Below, one piece after another: positions 24,150 to 39,500 of a stretch of DNA of 64,000 bases. The notes beneath the pieces are model-generated. The model saw nothing but the letters and a program-made list of their open reading frames with translations, was not told where the DNA came from and did not search any database. Source of the DNA: Octopus sinensis (lineage: Eukaryota); contig NC_042997.1 of the NCBI RefSeq assembly GCF_006345805.1, positions 2,790,001 through 2,854,000 on the forward strand, read 5' to 3'. The position numbers and the translations under genes were made by a program. Numbering within the stretch: the first letter of the stretch is position 1; the number at the start of each line of letters is the position of its first letter.

Positions 24150-24520
24150 TGTTCTATGAAAAACAACCAATCGCAAATATCTGACCGTGGAAAAATCAGT
24201 AAAAAATCACGTGTTCGCTTTCAAACTAATCGGACTATCCAAGAACTGCACAGTATGGTAATAGGACTTGGTTTCTTGCCATACTTCTACAAAAAGTTCG
24301 AAATTGCTGTCGGAGAATTTCTACGACTTCACCCTCTCTATTTCTGACCTTATTCCTACGATTATAATCCTTATACTTACTATGTGTTGCGTGTTGTTGA
24401 AAAAACAGCAACAGCTTAGCTTTTAAGTCCAAGGCTGGATAGGAACCAAAATCAAGAAGGTGCTCGAAGATCTTTCCTGGTAGAAAGTAAGAAACTCGTG
24501 CATCAGAGTTGAGAACTTAT
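24150..24520 (+). mobile_element. Tc1-like (possibly maT/rosa) transposase remnant
   Basis: GAATTTCTACGACTTCACC (NFYDFT) and DYNPYTYYVLRVVE resemble the WPPNSPDLNPLDYYVWxxVE motif; heavily degraded. Confidence 0.6.
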
Positions 24521-25059
24521 GTCTACTAATTGGAGTAAATTCTAATCTCCTAGATAGAATTTACTTGATATATTTTTCATTCTTTTATGTACTTTACCTT
24601 TGGGGTGGAATAATGTATTATTTTTACCTGTGATGCACACCTTTAAGTTTACCTCGAAAAACCAGTCGATGCATGTCTGTATTTAATTGAGTGTGTATGT
24701 CTGTGTGCACGCACTCGTATTTTATGTGTGTATCTGTTACTGTGTATGTATGTGAAAAGCACTATAGAGCACTATACGCATACGCACTCAGGCCTACAGT
24801 CCAATTGAGTACAACCAGCTATCACTCGTGAGTGAGTATGCTTTATTAACACGTACAAAGATTTCACAAATAGTTTTACTTACTTAAGTAGTTGGAAGCA
24901 GATATTAGGAGCATCAAGTACTTACTAATCGGAACACGGAAGACACGACGGATTTATGAGTGCGATTATTTTAACTTCATCTACTTGGTATGGAATTACA
25001 ACATAAACCACTATGATGTTGTGAAATAAAGACCAGTCACACAAACACACATTCATATA

Positions 25060-25135
25060 TATGTATGTACGTATGTATGTACGTATGTATGTATGTATAT
25101 TTGTATGTATGTATGTTAGTATATATGTACGTATG
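25060..25135. repeat. (ATGT)n tetranucleotide repeat
   Basis: Direct reading. Confidence 0.9.
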
Positions 25136-25389
25136 TCATTGTTTAGTCTCATTTCAATATTTCTTGCCAATAGGTTTTCTAACCAAGATTAAAAGATTCT
25201 TCAGTGGAATTTCAACATCAACAACAGGTTACGTTTGTTTGTTTTGCTTTATGTTTTGCTTTATGTATACATTCTCATGCATATAATTGCATATCTAAAC
25301 ATGCTCAAATATATTTTGATAATAAACTTCTGGAAAGTTTCACAGATTTTTACAGTTCCAGTGATTGATTTGGATCTGTTGCCTTCGTG

Positions 25390-25655
25390 ATATGAATTCT
25401 CGACGAGGCGTTGTCCTTGAGCAAGGCACTTTATTTCACATTGCTCCAATCCACTCACCTGGCAAAAATGTGTAGTACCCGTATTTCAAATTGCCAGCCT
25501 TATGACACTTTGTGTCACGCTGAAACTCCCTGAGAACTACGTTAAGGATACATGTGTCTGTGGAATACTCAGCCACTTGCACCTTAATTTCACTAGCAAG
25601 TTGTTCCGCTGATCGTATCAGATGCGACCCTCATCTTCGTAACCGACAGAGTGCC
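25390..25655 (+). mobile_element. SINE family C-related (CORE-like) copy, head degraded
   Basis: GTTGTCCTTGAGCAAGGCACTTTATTTCACATTGCTCCAATCCACTCACCTGGCAAAAATG matches 10615-10675. Confidence 0.78.
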
Positions 25656-25679
25656 CCTATATACATACACACACATACA

Positions 25680-25747
<68 letters not shown>

Positions 25748-28700
25748 CGCATCCATACACTTACGCACATTTACATACCTATAAAATGGAAAGCCACAAA
25801 ATTCCTTAGAGAAAGAGGAAACAATATTTTGCCTCTTTTATGTTACAGAGGAGAGTCTAGTCAGTATATGTTCAGACCTGCAGGTTCATCTGAATGAAAG
25901 GAGGAACGTTTAATGTATTAGGAACGTTACTGATGATGCGTGATAATGCTCCGAGATATGTCTTATGTACAATCGGCTATGGAAACACGCATGTGAACAT
26001 TAACCTTATACTTCTTCGCCTGAAGACAGCAGTAAAATTATTTCCTAGAATTGTACAGCCTACTAGCAGACAAATGAATTCTATGATTTTAATATCCGTG
26101 CAAAGAATACAAACGAAAAAAATGGACCTCAAAGAAAATATAGAACATTCACTATATTTCAATCAAAGGACATTGTAGTTACAATGTTAGTTACGATGCT
26201 TTTCAAAGTTTTTCCGGCTCTTTGCATAACGATTTTATATCCCATTGTGACCTACAAGGTTAGAAGAATTTAACATCTCTACGTGTTGCATGGTTGATTT
26301 TCATGAAGTCCATTCCTTTTCGTTTCTGATTTAAAAAGGTTTTCTTCTTCCCTTTCTTCATACTCAAATGAACTTCATTCGGATTTACTGATAACAGTAG
26401 CGAATAATAATAAAGGTTAACATGTGACACCTTAGCAGATACTTATTTATCGAGTTAGCATGTAAGAAAGCAATGGAATATAATTGGGTTTATAATAATT
26501 GTCTTTCTCTAATCATTAAAATTTCTTGGCGGTTGATAAAATACCAGTACAACTTTGAGATTTGTCTAGAATACAATTCTGTTCCCTCACACTTCGTCGC
26601 TCTAATTAGAAGCACATGTTTACTATAGTCTATTAAATATAGTATAGATATAATCTGTAGCGGAAAATAGCACAGAAACATAAACGCTCTCTCACAAATA
26701 CACAGTTACTCCCATAGACCCATTCACAAAAATAAGCAAGCATCAGACTCACAAGTACGCACGCACGAACGTGTACGCGCACAAACACGCACTCATACAC
26801 GGCCCTTTGTATGTATGCTTACGAAATTAGTAGATCTAAGTACGTAATTCTCAGTGTCGTGACCTTTCAACATATTTCAATGCGGCTGGTCTTACTTCTT
26901 ATTTTTCGCATCATCTCTCTGTGAATATGCAGTAAAATCTAGGCGATTATATTTGTTCTTTGTTTAAATATGATGTAAATATTATGATAAGTTCATGATA
27001 AATTCTTCTAAATCTCTTCCACAACAACACCATATCTCAGTTAAACTAATCGAAATTGTTACTATATTGTCTCAACAGATTTTCTATCTTCAATGTATTC
27101 ATACACGGCTAAATAAATATATCGGAGACTACAGGAGATAATCGGAAATCGATTATATCGATCATGAAGATTAATTTAATCGGAAACGGCAGATTTTTCA
27201 ATCAACGTCAACAGATGCCTTGTGATGTTGAAAACGAACCATTATTCGATCGAAATAGGACATATTATTTCATATGTGTTGATGTTTCATGACAGTCACC
27301 GATAGTTGAGTCGGCAAGCTAAACAATATAAGAATACATGTTTCCATAGTGAATGTTCGTTTCTATATTGTCAACGGACTGGTTTTACTAAGCAAATAAT
27401 GTATCCAAATATATTCTTGGCCAATACATTCAGTAATCTTCCATACCCTGTGTAATTCTATGTATCTATCAATACAATCTTGCTAGTGTCACAGGTTATA
27501 AATAGACATGCATTACACTCATCTGTTGTTATATGCTTCACTGTTCTCTTGATAATTGAGTTCATTTTCAGGATACACCTTTAGTTAGGGTAAAGACTTT
27601 CAATTTGTTTCCATTAATTGCATAACTGCCATATAAAGTCTATGTTCTAAAAAATGCGAGCAGACTTGAACTCATGAAGTCTTTTAGTAAATGAGAACGT
27701 CACCCAGTTTATTTTAAATTTTAGGTAGGTATATTAACACATAGGTAAGTAACATACATTAGGCTGCAGTACGTCACACTCAGTTTACATTCACTCTATA
27801 TATTTGTCTCGCTTTCTTTTATTGAAAATCTGTTTTATGCTTACAAGTAAAGTCAATTGCCATATCAAAGTGGCGGCTCCATGCGTTTACTAGTTTAACC
27901 ATAAGCAGATGTTCCGCCAGATGGTTATCGGTGTGACGCTGCATACTATATATAATATATATATTGCTAGCAGGGGGCACGAATACATACCATCCTCTAG
28001 CAGACAATAAGATCGGGAGGCTGACTCAGTTTCGAGCTGGTTCGTTGATCCTCAACCGCACGTAGCTGGAAACCAGAGCGATAACCAGGTTCTGCTTCTG
28101 CCAGCAATATATTGTAAACAAAGCGTCCATCGGTCATTGATTTGCAACAAGCAAACTAGCTAGTTGTAAAATCTCAAGAAGAGATCAGAATAGTAACTAT
28201 ACTAACAAGTAATGTCAATCTCTACATCAAAGGGGGTGTTCCATGTGACAACTTTACTTATTGCATCTACCAACTTATAGACTATTGGATATCTTAAAAA
28301 TAAATATGCTATCCCCACAACATGGGGGTTTCGAAAACAAGGTGACACATTTAACAACCTGATTTGAACAATGAAATATAGATGATATATAATTCAACTA
28401 ATCCTATCAACTGAATACGTTTTAATGATCCATATAATTTGGATTACAAAATCCCTGTTTCAAGCTTCCTGTGATTATCATAAATAAATAAATATATATA
28501 ATCATTCAGCTAATAAATTCAGCGGTAATATCGTACAGCTCATACTGATATTTTCATAAAAAAGCAGGTCGGAATAATATGCTTAAGTGGCTAAATCATA
28601 AATAAAATAACAATGATGAAATGGGCTATAGAGCTTAACTATGATTGAAATATAAGTTATGTTCTTGGAACAGTAGGCGCATTATATTTCATTAGGGTAA

Positions 28701-29284
28701 TCATTTCATTTCTGTTTGCTAAGTTTACAAGGCTCTAAGGCATATTGGTTCGATGTTAGGACAACCTCCTTGTTCTTCCTTCTATTATATCATAGATGTT
28801 CCATTGGTTAAAAGGTTAGAGTTCCGTAACAACAGCTATATCTACTCGTGACTAGATACGCAACAAATGCAATTACTGAAAAAATTTAATTGTCATCATG
28901 CTATATTTACTCGCATGTGACAGATGTCTCGAAGGCGTAAAATTCTTATATATATCTATTTGTGATTATATATTATTCCATTGTCGTATCATGTTTCTTG
29001 TGTCTGTGATAATGTGAAGGATGAAGCGTATATAAATGTATATAAATCCATAGTTTTATACGTGCCTGAAGGGTATCATTTACACACTAGAATCAATTAG
29101 ATAACAAGAAAATGTATTTGCTTCATTCGTGCATATTCACACTCGTTCTCACTATTTAGCTACAGAGAAATATGATGGTAGCTGCAAAAGAGTCGTAGTC
29201 ATAATATCCAGTTGCAGGTTCCTGACGTGCTGATAACTAATTTAAAGCATGGATTTGAGTTGCATAAACACTGGTTTCACATTT

Positions 29285-29470
29285 GACATCAGGCCAGCAG
29301 ATTCGGGGAGGGATACGTCGATTACATAAACCCCGGTGCTCATGTCATACTTATTTTATCGATACTGAGAAGCTGAATCCAATTCGGACAAAGTAGAATT
29401 TGACCTGACATTGTAAAGAGATAAGAAATGCCAACAAACATTTTACCTGGTGTCGTAACGATTCTACGAG
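29285..29470 (-). mobile_element. Old SINE family A copy
   Basis: GTCGATTACATAAACCCCGGTGC...ACTTATTTTATCGA...GTAACGATTCTACGAGC. Confidence 0.6.
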
Positions 29471-29499
29471 CTTTTTCCACAGAAAATAATAGTCACAGA

Positions 29500-29615
29500 T
29501 TTTCGCACAAGCCCAGCAAATTTGGGTTAGGTAAAGTGGATTGCATTGACTCCAGTGCTTCTCTGATACATATTTTATCGACACCGGAAAAGTGAAATGC
29601 AAAATCAACCACGTG
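29500..29615 (-). mobile_element. Old SINE family A fragment
   Basis: CATTGACTCCAGTGCTTCTCTGATACATATTTTATCGACACCGGAAAAGTGAAATGCAAAATCAAC. Confidence 0.55.
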
Positions 29616-30589
29616 CTAACGATCCTACAATATCCCCACCATAGTTCCGTAAAATATTAAAAATATACATGAACGGTTCATTTTGCTGCAGCTATAATGC
29701 ATATTCTAGTCCGATGTATTCTCAACTCAAATGCAACAAAGAGCAAAAAGAGAACGGAATAGTAATGGTTAATATTATGTAGAGATAGTGTTTTTCTTTT
29801 CCGAAGTGACTAACAAAATTATTGATTTTGTCTGCCCAATAAATTTAGACGGTCTAGGCGCTGACTCAGCGATTCACGTTATTATAAAGCAATTTGAAAA
29901 ATAAAGTTAAATATTTATCAAAGAATCAATACTAAGAGTAATGGCAAAATATTATAACTAACTACACACACCGACAAACACACGCATACACATACACACA
30001 CACGCATACACATACACACACATTCATACACAGACACACACACAAACACACACACACACACACACATATACAGATATATACATGTGAGGCAGATTGAGTG
30101 CGTGTGTGTGTGGGTGCGTGTGAGTGTATGAGCCAGTGATTAAATTAGTCAAAAATGATTTTAACACTGCTCTTAATATTGATTCTCGGTATCATAAATA
30201 TTTAGTTGTTATTTTGAAAATTGCTTTAGAATTATAACCTAAATAAACAAATAAATGCACACATATATACATAGAGTGGCCCTATGTAAATGTATATATG
30301 CATTTATGTGTATGCATGTATCTAACGAGGCAAGAGCATTACCTACCTTTACAATGTATCCACTTAGATTCTCAGCAGTAAATAATTAATTGCAGTTAGA
30401 CAGATTAATGGAGAAGATCCTTAAATGTTCTATTGTGGACACATTAATAAAATGATAAGCGATATCTGAAAAATTTGTTTAATGTCTAAAAATTAGCTAG
30501 AATTCCATATTATTAGAATATGTGTGAAATGTATTCAAATACACCTACATAGTAATATATACGTACATACATACATATATACACACACG

Positions 30590-30622
<33 letters not shown>

Positions 30623-31358
30623 GTTTTTATATATATATACATACATGTTTTCGTAAGTTTTTGTTCGCGCGCGTGTCTGTGTGTTGTGGAAATTATTACA
30701 TAGAAATAGTGCAAATTTGAAAATGTATGAGCGCAAGAGGTGAGGAATTATAACGATAAAGAGATGAGTTTATATAGAAGCAGGAGAGTTGAGTACAAAG
30801 TGAGAAGCCAAATTAAAAATGAATGAAGGAAGTATTGATTGCCAAGTATAATAACATTACTGCGCATGACTTTGGAATACAGTGCATGAATTTATTTTAT
30901 GCGCCTGAAAGACTTGGAAATGCTGAAAGCATCGTAACTACATTTGCAGTCCTATTACGGCTGATTAGAAATTGAACTAACAGCACGCTAGCCTTTGTGT
31001 ATTATCTTAATGCTAACAGTCTTCAGTGAATAGCACTAATTAACAAACAAATATTAGGGATTCTTTTATCCATATACACTGAATTTTTGTGATTGGTTCA
31101 AATGTTGGTTGAATCAACAGACAGAAGCAGCAGTGCTCAAACCATTTTAATACGTTTATAAGATGAATAAAGTAATATTTTAATATATAACTGTATGCCA
31201 ACTTTGGTCTGCTGCTAGAAGCGATTTGGTGTTTGAAGTTAATGTGTGCTGTACTTTTATGTTATAGGGAAACGTATCCCCTAGATGGCTAAACCATATC
31301 TAAATTACGTAAAATGACTATCTTAGTAAATATATATACCAAATGAAATTTCGATGTG

Positions 31359-31406
<48 letters not shown>

Positions 31407-31456
31407 CTTACACGTGTGCATGTGTGTCTCTCTATGTGTTTTTGTATGTGTTTGCA

Positions 31457-31507
<51 letters not shown>

Positions 31508-33096
31508 GCACACGTATATGGATTATATATATACGCACGTACCTAGAAATGACGTATAAGTACACATGTGCCTATATAAAAAGTGTGTATAAGATATATA
31601 TATATATATATATATAAATACATACATATATACAAACGCACACACACACACACACACATATATATGATATATACATACGGCTTTGAACTTGTTTTTAAGC
31701 ATCTCTTTTTTTTCGTATTTGGCTATTTAGGTTTTGGTTGTGCGCATGAACATGTGTCTAAGTATATGGATTTTTGGTATCTGTAGCATTTATAAATAGA
31801 TGACTGGATAAACATATCTATAAACAAATAATATGACGTTCATGTCATGTGAATAAATTTGTATGAGCCAATATATCTCCATTTATAGAAATACTAAATG
31901 TTTCTTTTAGGTCTTCATGTAGCTTTAATTTCCAACGTGTATAGTATATTTGTAAGCTAATGTACAGTGTTACTTAAAAAATATTTCTAATAAGATTTCT
32001 AATAAAACATTACCTTAAATATAAAGCTGTTAGATAAATCCGTCTATTGACGTAGAAACATTACATACAGTGATCAAATGCGTGTCACGGCGAGATAAAC
32101 TACATGGCTGACAAGTTTGCATATTGATAAGGTATATACAATAATAATACGAAATGTGTATGTTAGCTTTATTTAGGTATTGAATGTAATTATTCGTCAA
32201 ACTTTATTTCCTCTCGGAGTGGTTCTGAATAGGCTACTTACGATTGCATTAAATGAATAATTTCAGTCTATACTTACATGAATTTTCCATGCACACATTG
32301 AAAATCATATCTCAACACGCTCACACACACACACACGTGCGCGATCTCTCTCTATCTCTATCTCTCTTTCTCTCTCTCCCTCTCTCTTTCTCTCTCTCCC
32401 TCTCTCTTTCTATCTCACATACACACACTTATAACTCAGCCCTCAATGCATCGTATGAGAAAGACGTTAATTTATTCGTGTGATTGGCAAATTTTTTCAA
32501 ACAAAGCACGTAGCAGCAAATGATAAACAGATAAATGCTATATAGAAAGTATCTTACTATTTACATTAATCGTCTTGAATTTTAGCGCTCTCTATTCAAT
32601 CTTTGCTTTTCCTCATGAACGAGGCAGGCTATCTCATTTAACCTGGAGCAATTCTAGAAACCTCTGACGAGAAACAAGATCATGGAGTTCAAATTTCGAA
32701 ATCACTTGAAAATATTTTTCTTGAATTATTTCATTGTATGAGGGTATCTCGCCAATGATAAATGTTGTAGCTTGCTGGTCGTTATCCCAAATATTTCATG
32801 AGGTTAGGGCTTTCGTGTGGCTGTTCGAATTAAATTTTGGTTCTCATTGCTCGCAATTGTAGGGGCTACTTTGCACCCTCGTTTACTTATTTTACCTTTT
32901 CGATTTTAGTTGCTATAGCCACCTATATAATAATGCATTTGATATATTTTAATATAAAAATATATTGTTGTAATATCTTATTTTATGTGATGTGTATATA
33001 TACATATATATATACACACACACACGCACAGTAACACGCACTCACCCACACACCTACCACCCCACCCCCACATATCCCACCCCACACCCCCACACA

Positions 33097-33144
<48 letters not shown>

Positions 33145-33174
33145 ATATATATATAATATATGTATGTATTCTTT

Positions 33175-33385
33175 TATTTTGTAATTGCTTCAGTCACTGG
33201 ATTTAAAGGTTTATTCGTAAATATCGATCCGAAAACCTGTTGCACTATTTTTTTAAAGATTTAGTAGTCGTTCTATAGAATCTGTTTGTGAAATGCCAAT
33301 TTACGGGGACGTATACAAATCGACACCGTTTGTCAAAAGTTTAGGAGGATAAACAAAAACAGAAATGCGCTCATACACACGGTAA
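33175..33385 (-). mobile_element. Degraded SINE family B 3' half
   Basis: GCTTCAGTCACTGG...TTTACGGGGACGTATACAAATCGACACCGTTTGTCAA aligns with 55880-56040. Confidence 0.55.
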
Positions 33386-34229
33386 CAAGCTTACATATGT
33401 GGGAAATAATAAAAACACAAATATGTGTTAATATATCCTACGTACGTTTCACAATTGCAGTTATGCGGAAATCATGTGTGTTCTGAAGAACTATACTAAA
33501 TGTTTGTAATGTATATGGATACTTAACCGGAATGGATCATCCTTGAAACATGCTATTGGATACTGTTATAGTGATAAAATTTTAAATTCATTGATACAAA
33601 TATTAATCTAAGCAGTATAATAATATCATTTAACCATCGTTATGTGATATTTTGTGCCCCAGGTAAATTAGTATATAAAAGGGGATAATGTAAAATATAA
33701 TCTTTATTAAAGAGATAATTACTAAGAGTGATTCATTTAGAGCGTAGACATAGTAACACAACAGCGACATCGACAGTATAAGCAACAATGTCAGCTTATA
33801 GAGGACTAACGTTCTCGATATGTTAAATCGGGCGGAATATTAATGTCCTTTAATTCTTGGTATGTGATAGTTTGGACACACTGACCGGGTGTATCTGTTG
33901 AATCATGGAATACTTGAAGTTAGAGACTGGCAAAAACTTTTTGAGTAACATGCATTGTATAATTCGGTCTACGGTAGCATGTTGGGGTTATCTGTGATCA
34001 AAATCTTATGATACATGAAAAATGGATATCGTAAATAATAGCAATATATAATATTTGTCTCAGTGAATGGATACTGCTGGTTTTTTGAGTATGTGCAGTG
34101 ATTCTCTGAGGCAGTTCTGATCAGATGACTCATGTCCACAAAAAAAATTTAGCAACATACGGTTCTAAGTAATCTATTACTCATTATGTATATATAATAC
34201 TGCAAACAATCAGGAAGATTCCTAACACT

Positions 34230-34790
34230 CTGCCTATCGGGCATATTGTGCCAATATGCTGCAAGAAAGATACTTTGGACCAAAGTTTGCGCCAACCACA
34301 GTGTCAATTACCATGAGTGATCTAGGGATTGGTATGGGAAACAACGCCTTGTTTAAGGTGAATATCACGAGGATGGTGGCAATGTACACACAAATGGCTG
34401 ATTGGTTCAGAGAGTTTTCAGAAGAAGGGACCAAAAACTGTGCTGGTTTTATGAATGTCATTATTTATCAGATATCTGAAAAATGCCTCTCAGCTGTGGT
34501 CACTCGAAATGTCAACTTAGCGGAATTTTAGGCAGGTCAGTGAAACACCTGAGCTACTGGAAGAAACCGAGTTTCGACTCTACTCCCTGGTGTGAAGATG
34601 GGAGAGGTATGTTGTGATACATGTAGGGAAGATCCTGGCACAAAGCTTTAATATTTAGAACTATAGGAGCTCCCGAACTTGAAGTCACTGCACCCTACCA
34701 AAGGTCGCAGTCATACCATCCAAATTAGTAGCCAAATGATGAAAGAGATAGGGATTCAAGGGCCAGCAGCTATTTATTAGTGCACAGGTG
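34230..34790 (+). mobile_element. CR1-like LINE ORF2 C-terminal remnant
   Basis: DLGIGMGNNALFKVNITRMVAMYTQMADWFRE, C-SQLWS-RNVNLAE, SVKHLSYWKK and RLYSLV*RWERYVVIHVGKIL; same family type as 18640-19110. Confidence 0.8.
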
Positions 34791-34809
34791 GCAAATTTTT
34801 ATTCTTATT

Positions 34810-35200
34810 TTTTATGGTACTTGGTTCGCGGACTTGTAGAGATATCCTGGTTTCATCATTATGCCAGCAGCATTGCCACATATAATTAGCACCACTCTGT
34901 CCTTCTGTGCCTTAAATACTGGGGTATGGATTCGTCCTTCATGATATACGTTCTGGAACGTATCTTCTTCCAGAACAAGCCAGTTTCGTCCATATTGACA
35001 ACCTTTTGCAGCTTGTATCCCTCGTCCTATATGATCTGCCTAAACGTCTCGAGGTAATTCTCGGCGGTTTTGTTTGTCAGCTGATGCCGTCACCCCATGC
35101 AGGGAACACACACTTTATTTTAAACCGTTTCTGAAAACGATCAAAGCCTCATTTGCTTGTTTGAAAATCTTCGGGCTCCGGTCCTGTCAATAGTCTTGGT
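34810..35200 (-). mobile_element. Tigger/pogo transposase remnant
   Basis: QII*DEGYKLQKVFNMDETGLFWKKIRSRTYIMKDE and KAQKDRVVLIICGNAAG match the pogo/Tigger DDE_1 region (VFNADETGLFWK; KDRLTLLLCGNAAG). Confidence 0.88.
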
Positions 35201-35562
35201 TACGGTTATTCGGTACCTTCTGTATCTTCTACCCACACTTTACAGACGCTCTCACTTATACACGTAAATTCCCTATTCACACACTCACATTTACTCACTC
35301 TCACATACACACACGCATGCGCACCTTCGTTTGTAAATGTAAAAATATTTCTCACCTTCCCGAGCGTCAAACTAATACACATTCTTGGTATTTATACACC
35401 TGTTTCGTCTTTTATTTTTTAACACCTGAGGATTGCCTAAGACTAGAAATGGCAGCATACCATAATATTGCCGGCTATCTGGTAATTCAAAGGGCGAACA
35501 AGCTCTATTTTTGTGCTCTAATTCGTTCTGAACGGAATTCATTTCAACTATACACACATACA

Positions 35563-35595
<33 letters not shown>

Positions 35596-36039
35596 GTATA
35601 TATACTTTCTCTCGAATGAGGGATTGTTGTTGAGCGACAAATACAGCAAGAGGGGGAAAGAGAGTGTGTAAAGTATAGATATATATCGCTATACTAATTA
35701 GCAACCTTTGATTGAAAGCAAGAATAAGAGATACAAGATACAGTGCACTTGTATTTAAAACAAACAAGTGACGTGATGCGTGGCTATTCTAACCAGAGGG
35801 AACTTCAACTGTGAAGGGGCGTCCTGTAAGCCGGCAAATACGGTATATTGTTATTAATGATTTAGCCTTAAAAAGTGTGAAAAATATATATTGCCACGAA
35901 AAAAAGCAAGGAAATATCGTGGACGAAATTTACTATTCCGCCAATATGTGGTTGTTTCCGCGAACAATCGTTAGTTCCACGAATAAGCGGGGGTACACTG
36001 TATATACATGCATACATACACATAAATATATGTATATAT

Positions 36040-36062
36040 ATGAGTGAGTGCGTATGTGTGTG

Positions 36063-36104
<42 letters not shown>

Positions 36105-36174
36105 TGTATATGTATATATATATATATAAATATGTATATGTATATATATATATATTATATATATATATATATAT

Positions 36175-36233
<59 letters not shown>

Positions 36234-36245
36234 GCACCCACACAC
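36040..36245. repeat. Interrupted (AT)n microsatellite
   Basis: Direct reading. Confidence 0.95.
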
Positions 36246-37233
36246 ACAAAGAAACGTATATGACAGCAAGTATAGGATGATCTAGTGCATAAACCATTTT
36301 ATTATTGATTATCGATAGATAATTTCCTTTGTCGCTTTGACAATTATATCTTTTGCTCACTTTTATATTCTTTGTTTCGCTCGCTATCGCATGTTATCAC
36401 TTTTTTTCCTTTCTCTCTTTCTCCTTTTCTTTCTTTGCTTCTTCCTTTCTTGTTATGACGGCCACTTACAGTTTTTTTTTACCGAAATCTTTTCTTTCTC
36501 TCGTTTTAATTTGATCGAGCTTACTTGTTCTTCGCTACTGGCGCAGGCTATTCCCAACAGTACATTCCTTCAACCTACTTTAAAGTACAGGTACTGCACT
36601 GGTAACAAGTGACTGCAACGCTCAAAATTACTGGCCTTCTACCAGAATATGACCCTTTTTTCTCCTGAATAAAGCTTTGTCTTCATGCTCATAAGCTCAT
36701 CTCCGTCCGTCATATTTGTAATAGACAAAAATTCCTTCTATTTTCCTTCGCACCTGCACTCGATGATCATTTGATTTCCTATACTGAATCAAAAGCTAAA
36801 ATGTACTCCATTACAAATATTTCTCTGTCAATTTCTGTTGCATTCACACATTATTGAACTGCGAGTAATGGTTTCTTTTATACTGCTTATCATCTCAGAT
36901 CTTTTTAAAATCACATGCCAAGTTGGAGAAAAAGAAGTCACATAGAATAACAATTTACACTTTTAAATCTTCCAAAATTACGTTAAGCTTGCAATTTAAG
37001 GATAGGTGCGCATACTCATACATACTTACGCATGAATGTATGTGTGTGTATGTAGGAGACAAAAGTATCTAGCTATCTATATGTCTCTGTGACTGCCTGT
37101 CTTTTTATCTGTATATCTCTGTGTCTGCCTCTCTCCCCATCACTGTTTCCATGTATATATATATATGCATGTATGTGTGTGGATGTGTGTATTTCTAAAT
37201 ATACATACATAAACATGTACATACATACACCCT

Positions 37234-37286
<53 letters not shown>

Positions 37287-37514
37287 GTTAGTGCATGTAT
37301 GTATAATTCTGTATCAAAACTAAATGTACGGATGTGAATTTCACTTGAAAAATGGTAATGCACTATTTTATATATCGGAATGAAATTGACTCTGCAAAAT
37401 TTCCTTCCACATCTTCAAAAAGAGAATTATTTCAGGTGATTTGAATAATTTTGTTTCCTAGTAAATATTTCACATGGAATAGGATTGTCATTATTTTGAA
37501 CAAACGCAATATCT

Positions 37515-37750
<236 letters not shown>

Positions 37751-38920
37751 GAAATTATATATGTAGAGGAAGAGAGTAGACTTCTATACCGAAATTCACA
37801 AAGCGTTATTATATTCACCCAAGCGGCATTTTGAATATAACTGATTAAATTCATGTGTGATATTTCGTGTAAGAAAAACCACACGCAAATTTTGAAATTC
37901 TAAAGGAATGTTGTTTAGAACGTAACATAATATAATATAAGCTGAATAGAGCATATCGATTTTTGAAACGAGATATATGTTTGGGGGTGATTTATATAAA
38001 CCTTTTTAACACATGTAATTATGTATATATGACTCATTTCTTTCTGGAAACATAGCAGAATGTATTATGCTCTTGTAAAATACTGTATATATGCCAGTAA
38101 CACGTGACAGATATTCTTGTGCGGGTTTTAGTTTCAAGAACATTCATGTAATTTACTCACTGCTCTCTAAGTCCTCATAAAAATAATAAGACATCTAATC
38201 TAGAGAAAGTGTGATAACGAATTATTACTGGCAACTGATTATGCAATATTATTTCGCCATCGTTCAGTAGGTAAATTTATGTGGTTTCTATAAATTTATT
38301 CGAAATGTACGTAAAATGAACACGTCATATAATCAACTATATTCCGGCTTTAAAACAAATTTATAATGCAACTGATATATTCTCTATTAACCTGAACATG
38401 AAAATAGTTCTGAAGACTGAATTTATGTATAAGTGCACGGCATGCATTTACGCTTATGAAAGGTAATATATATTTAAATGTGTAAATTGTCATATTTGTG
38501 CTGTTGTGTTGCTGTAAACCTTTGTCACGCGTTCTTGAGCAATTTATTACAAACTTCTGTGGGAAGATTGTAATAAATAAGACTGGAACATGTTAATAGG
38601 ATATCACAATGAATCAAGAATCTGAAACGGAAGCTTTTAGACTATACATTACAATTTCCTACACATATGTATCTTGTTATATCGCTGTGTGAAAATTGCA
38701 ACTTGACATGTAGAGTCTCAAAGTTAAATGCTGCTAGTTAATTAGATTGACGCAGTGTATTATTCCTATATAACAGTCTCCACATTGCACAAATACACAC
38801 AGATACGTGTATTTGTACGGAAATAGCAGCACTTGAATTCATCCGATACTAATCTTAGCAACTGAATGACTATAAATTTAAACACTCAAAAATTATACAA
38901 TGACATTAAAACATATGTTA

Positions 38921-39060
38921 GATGGCGCATGGTCCATTGGTTGGTGTGTTGCACTCACGATCGTGGCATTGTTGTTTCTATTCCATGATCGGATGATATG
39001 TTGCGTTCTTGAATAAAAAGAATCTTTATCTCACGTTGCTCCAGTCCACCATAAGGTAAA
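38921..39060 (+). mobile_element. Degraded SINE family C head and CORE-like region
   Basis: GATGGCGCATGGTCCATTGGTTGG...GTTCTTGAATAAAAAGAATCTTTATCTCACGTTGCTCCAGTCCAC. Confidence 0.55.
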
Positions 39061-39354
39061 GAATTTACAGCAATAGTAAGGAAATTTTAACCTACAATGG
39101 TACGTCTCCTGTTCAAAGAGGATTATTGCAATATCTCTCTCTGCTACGCTGTGGAGACAGGGTTAAACTACAGCATTTTGAGACTTAGTTCTTGTGACTG
39201 ACGCAAGAATTTCTAAGTCGACGTTTCTCGCATTCAGATATGCAGGCGAACATTTTTCTTCTTACAAACTGCACATGTCCGGGTCAAACTGAAAGGCCAG
39301 CTTGTCAAAAGTTACTGTTTCTGATAAGACTACTATGCCTTATGGAATATATAT

Positions 39355-39500
39355 TTATGTGTGTGTGTTTGTGTGTGTGTGTGTTTGTATGTGTGAGTGT
39401 TTGTGTTTGTGTGTTTGTGTGTGTGTGTGTTTGTGTGCGTGTGTTTGTACGTGTGAGTATTTGCGTGTGTGTGTTTGTGTTGTTGTGTGCATGCTTGTGT
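39355..39500. repeat. Degenerate (GT)n/(GTTT) microsatellite
   Basis: Direct reading. Confidence 0.9.
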
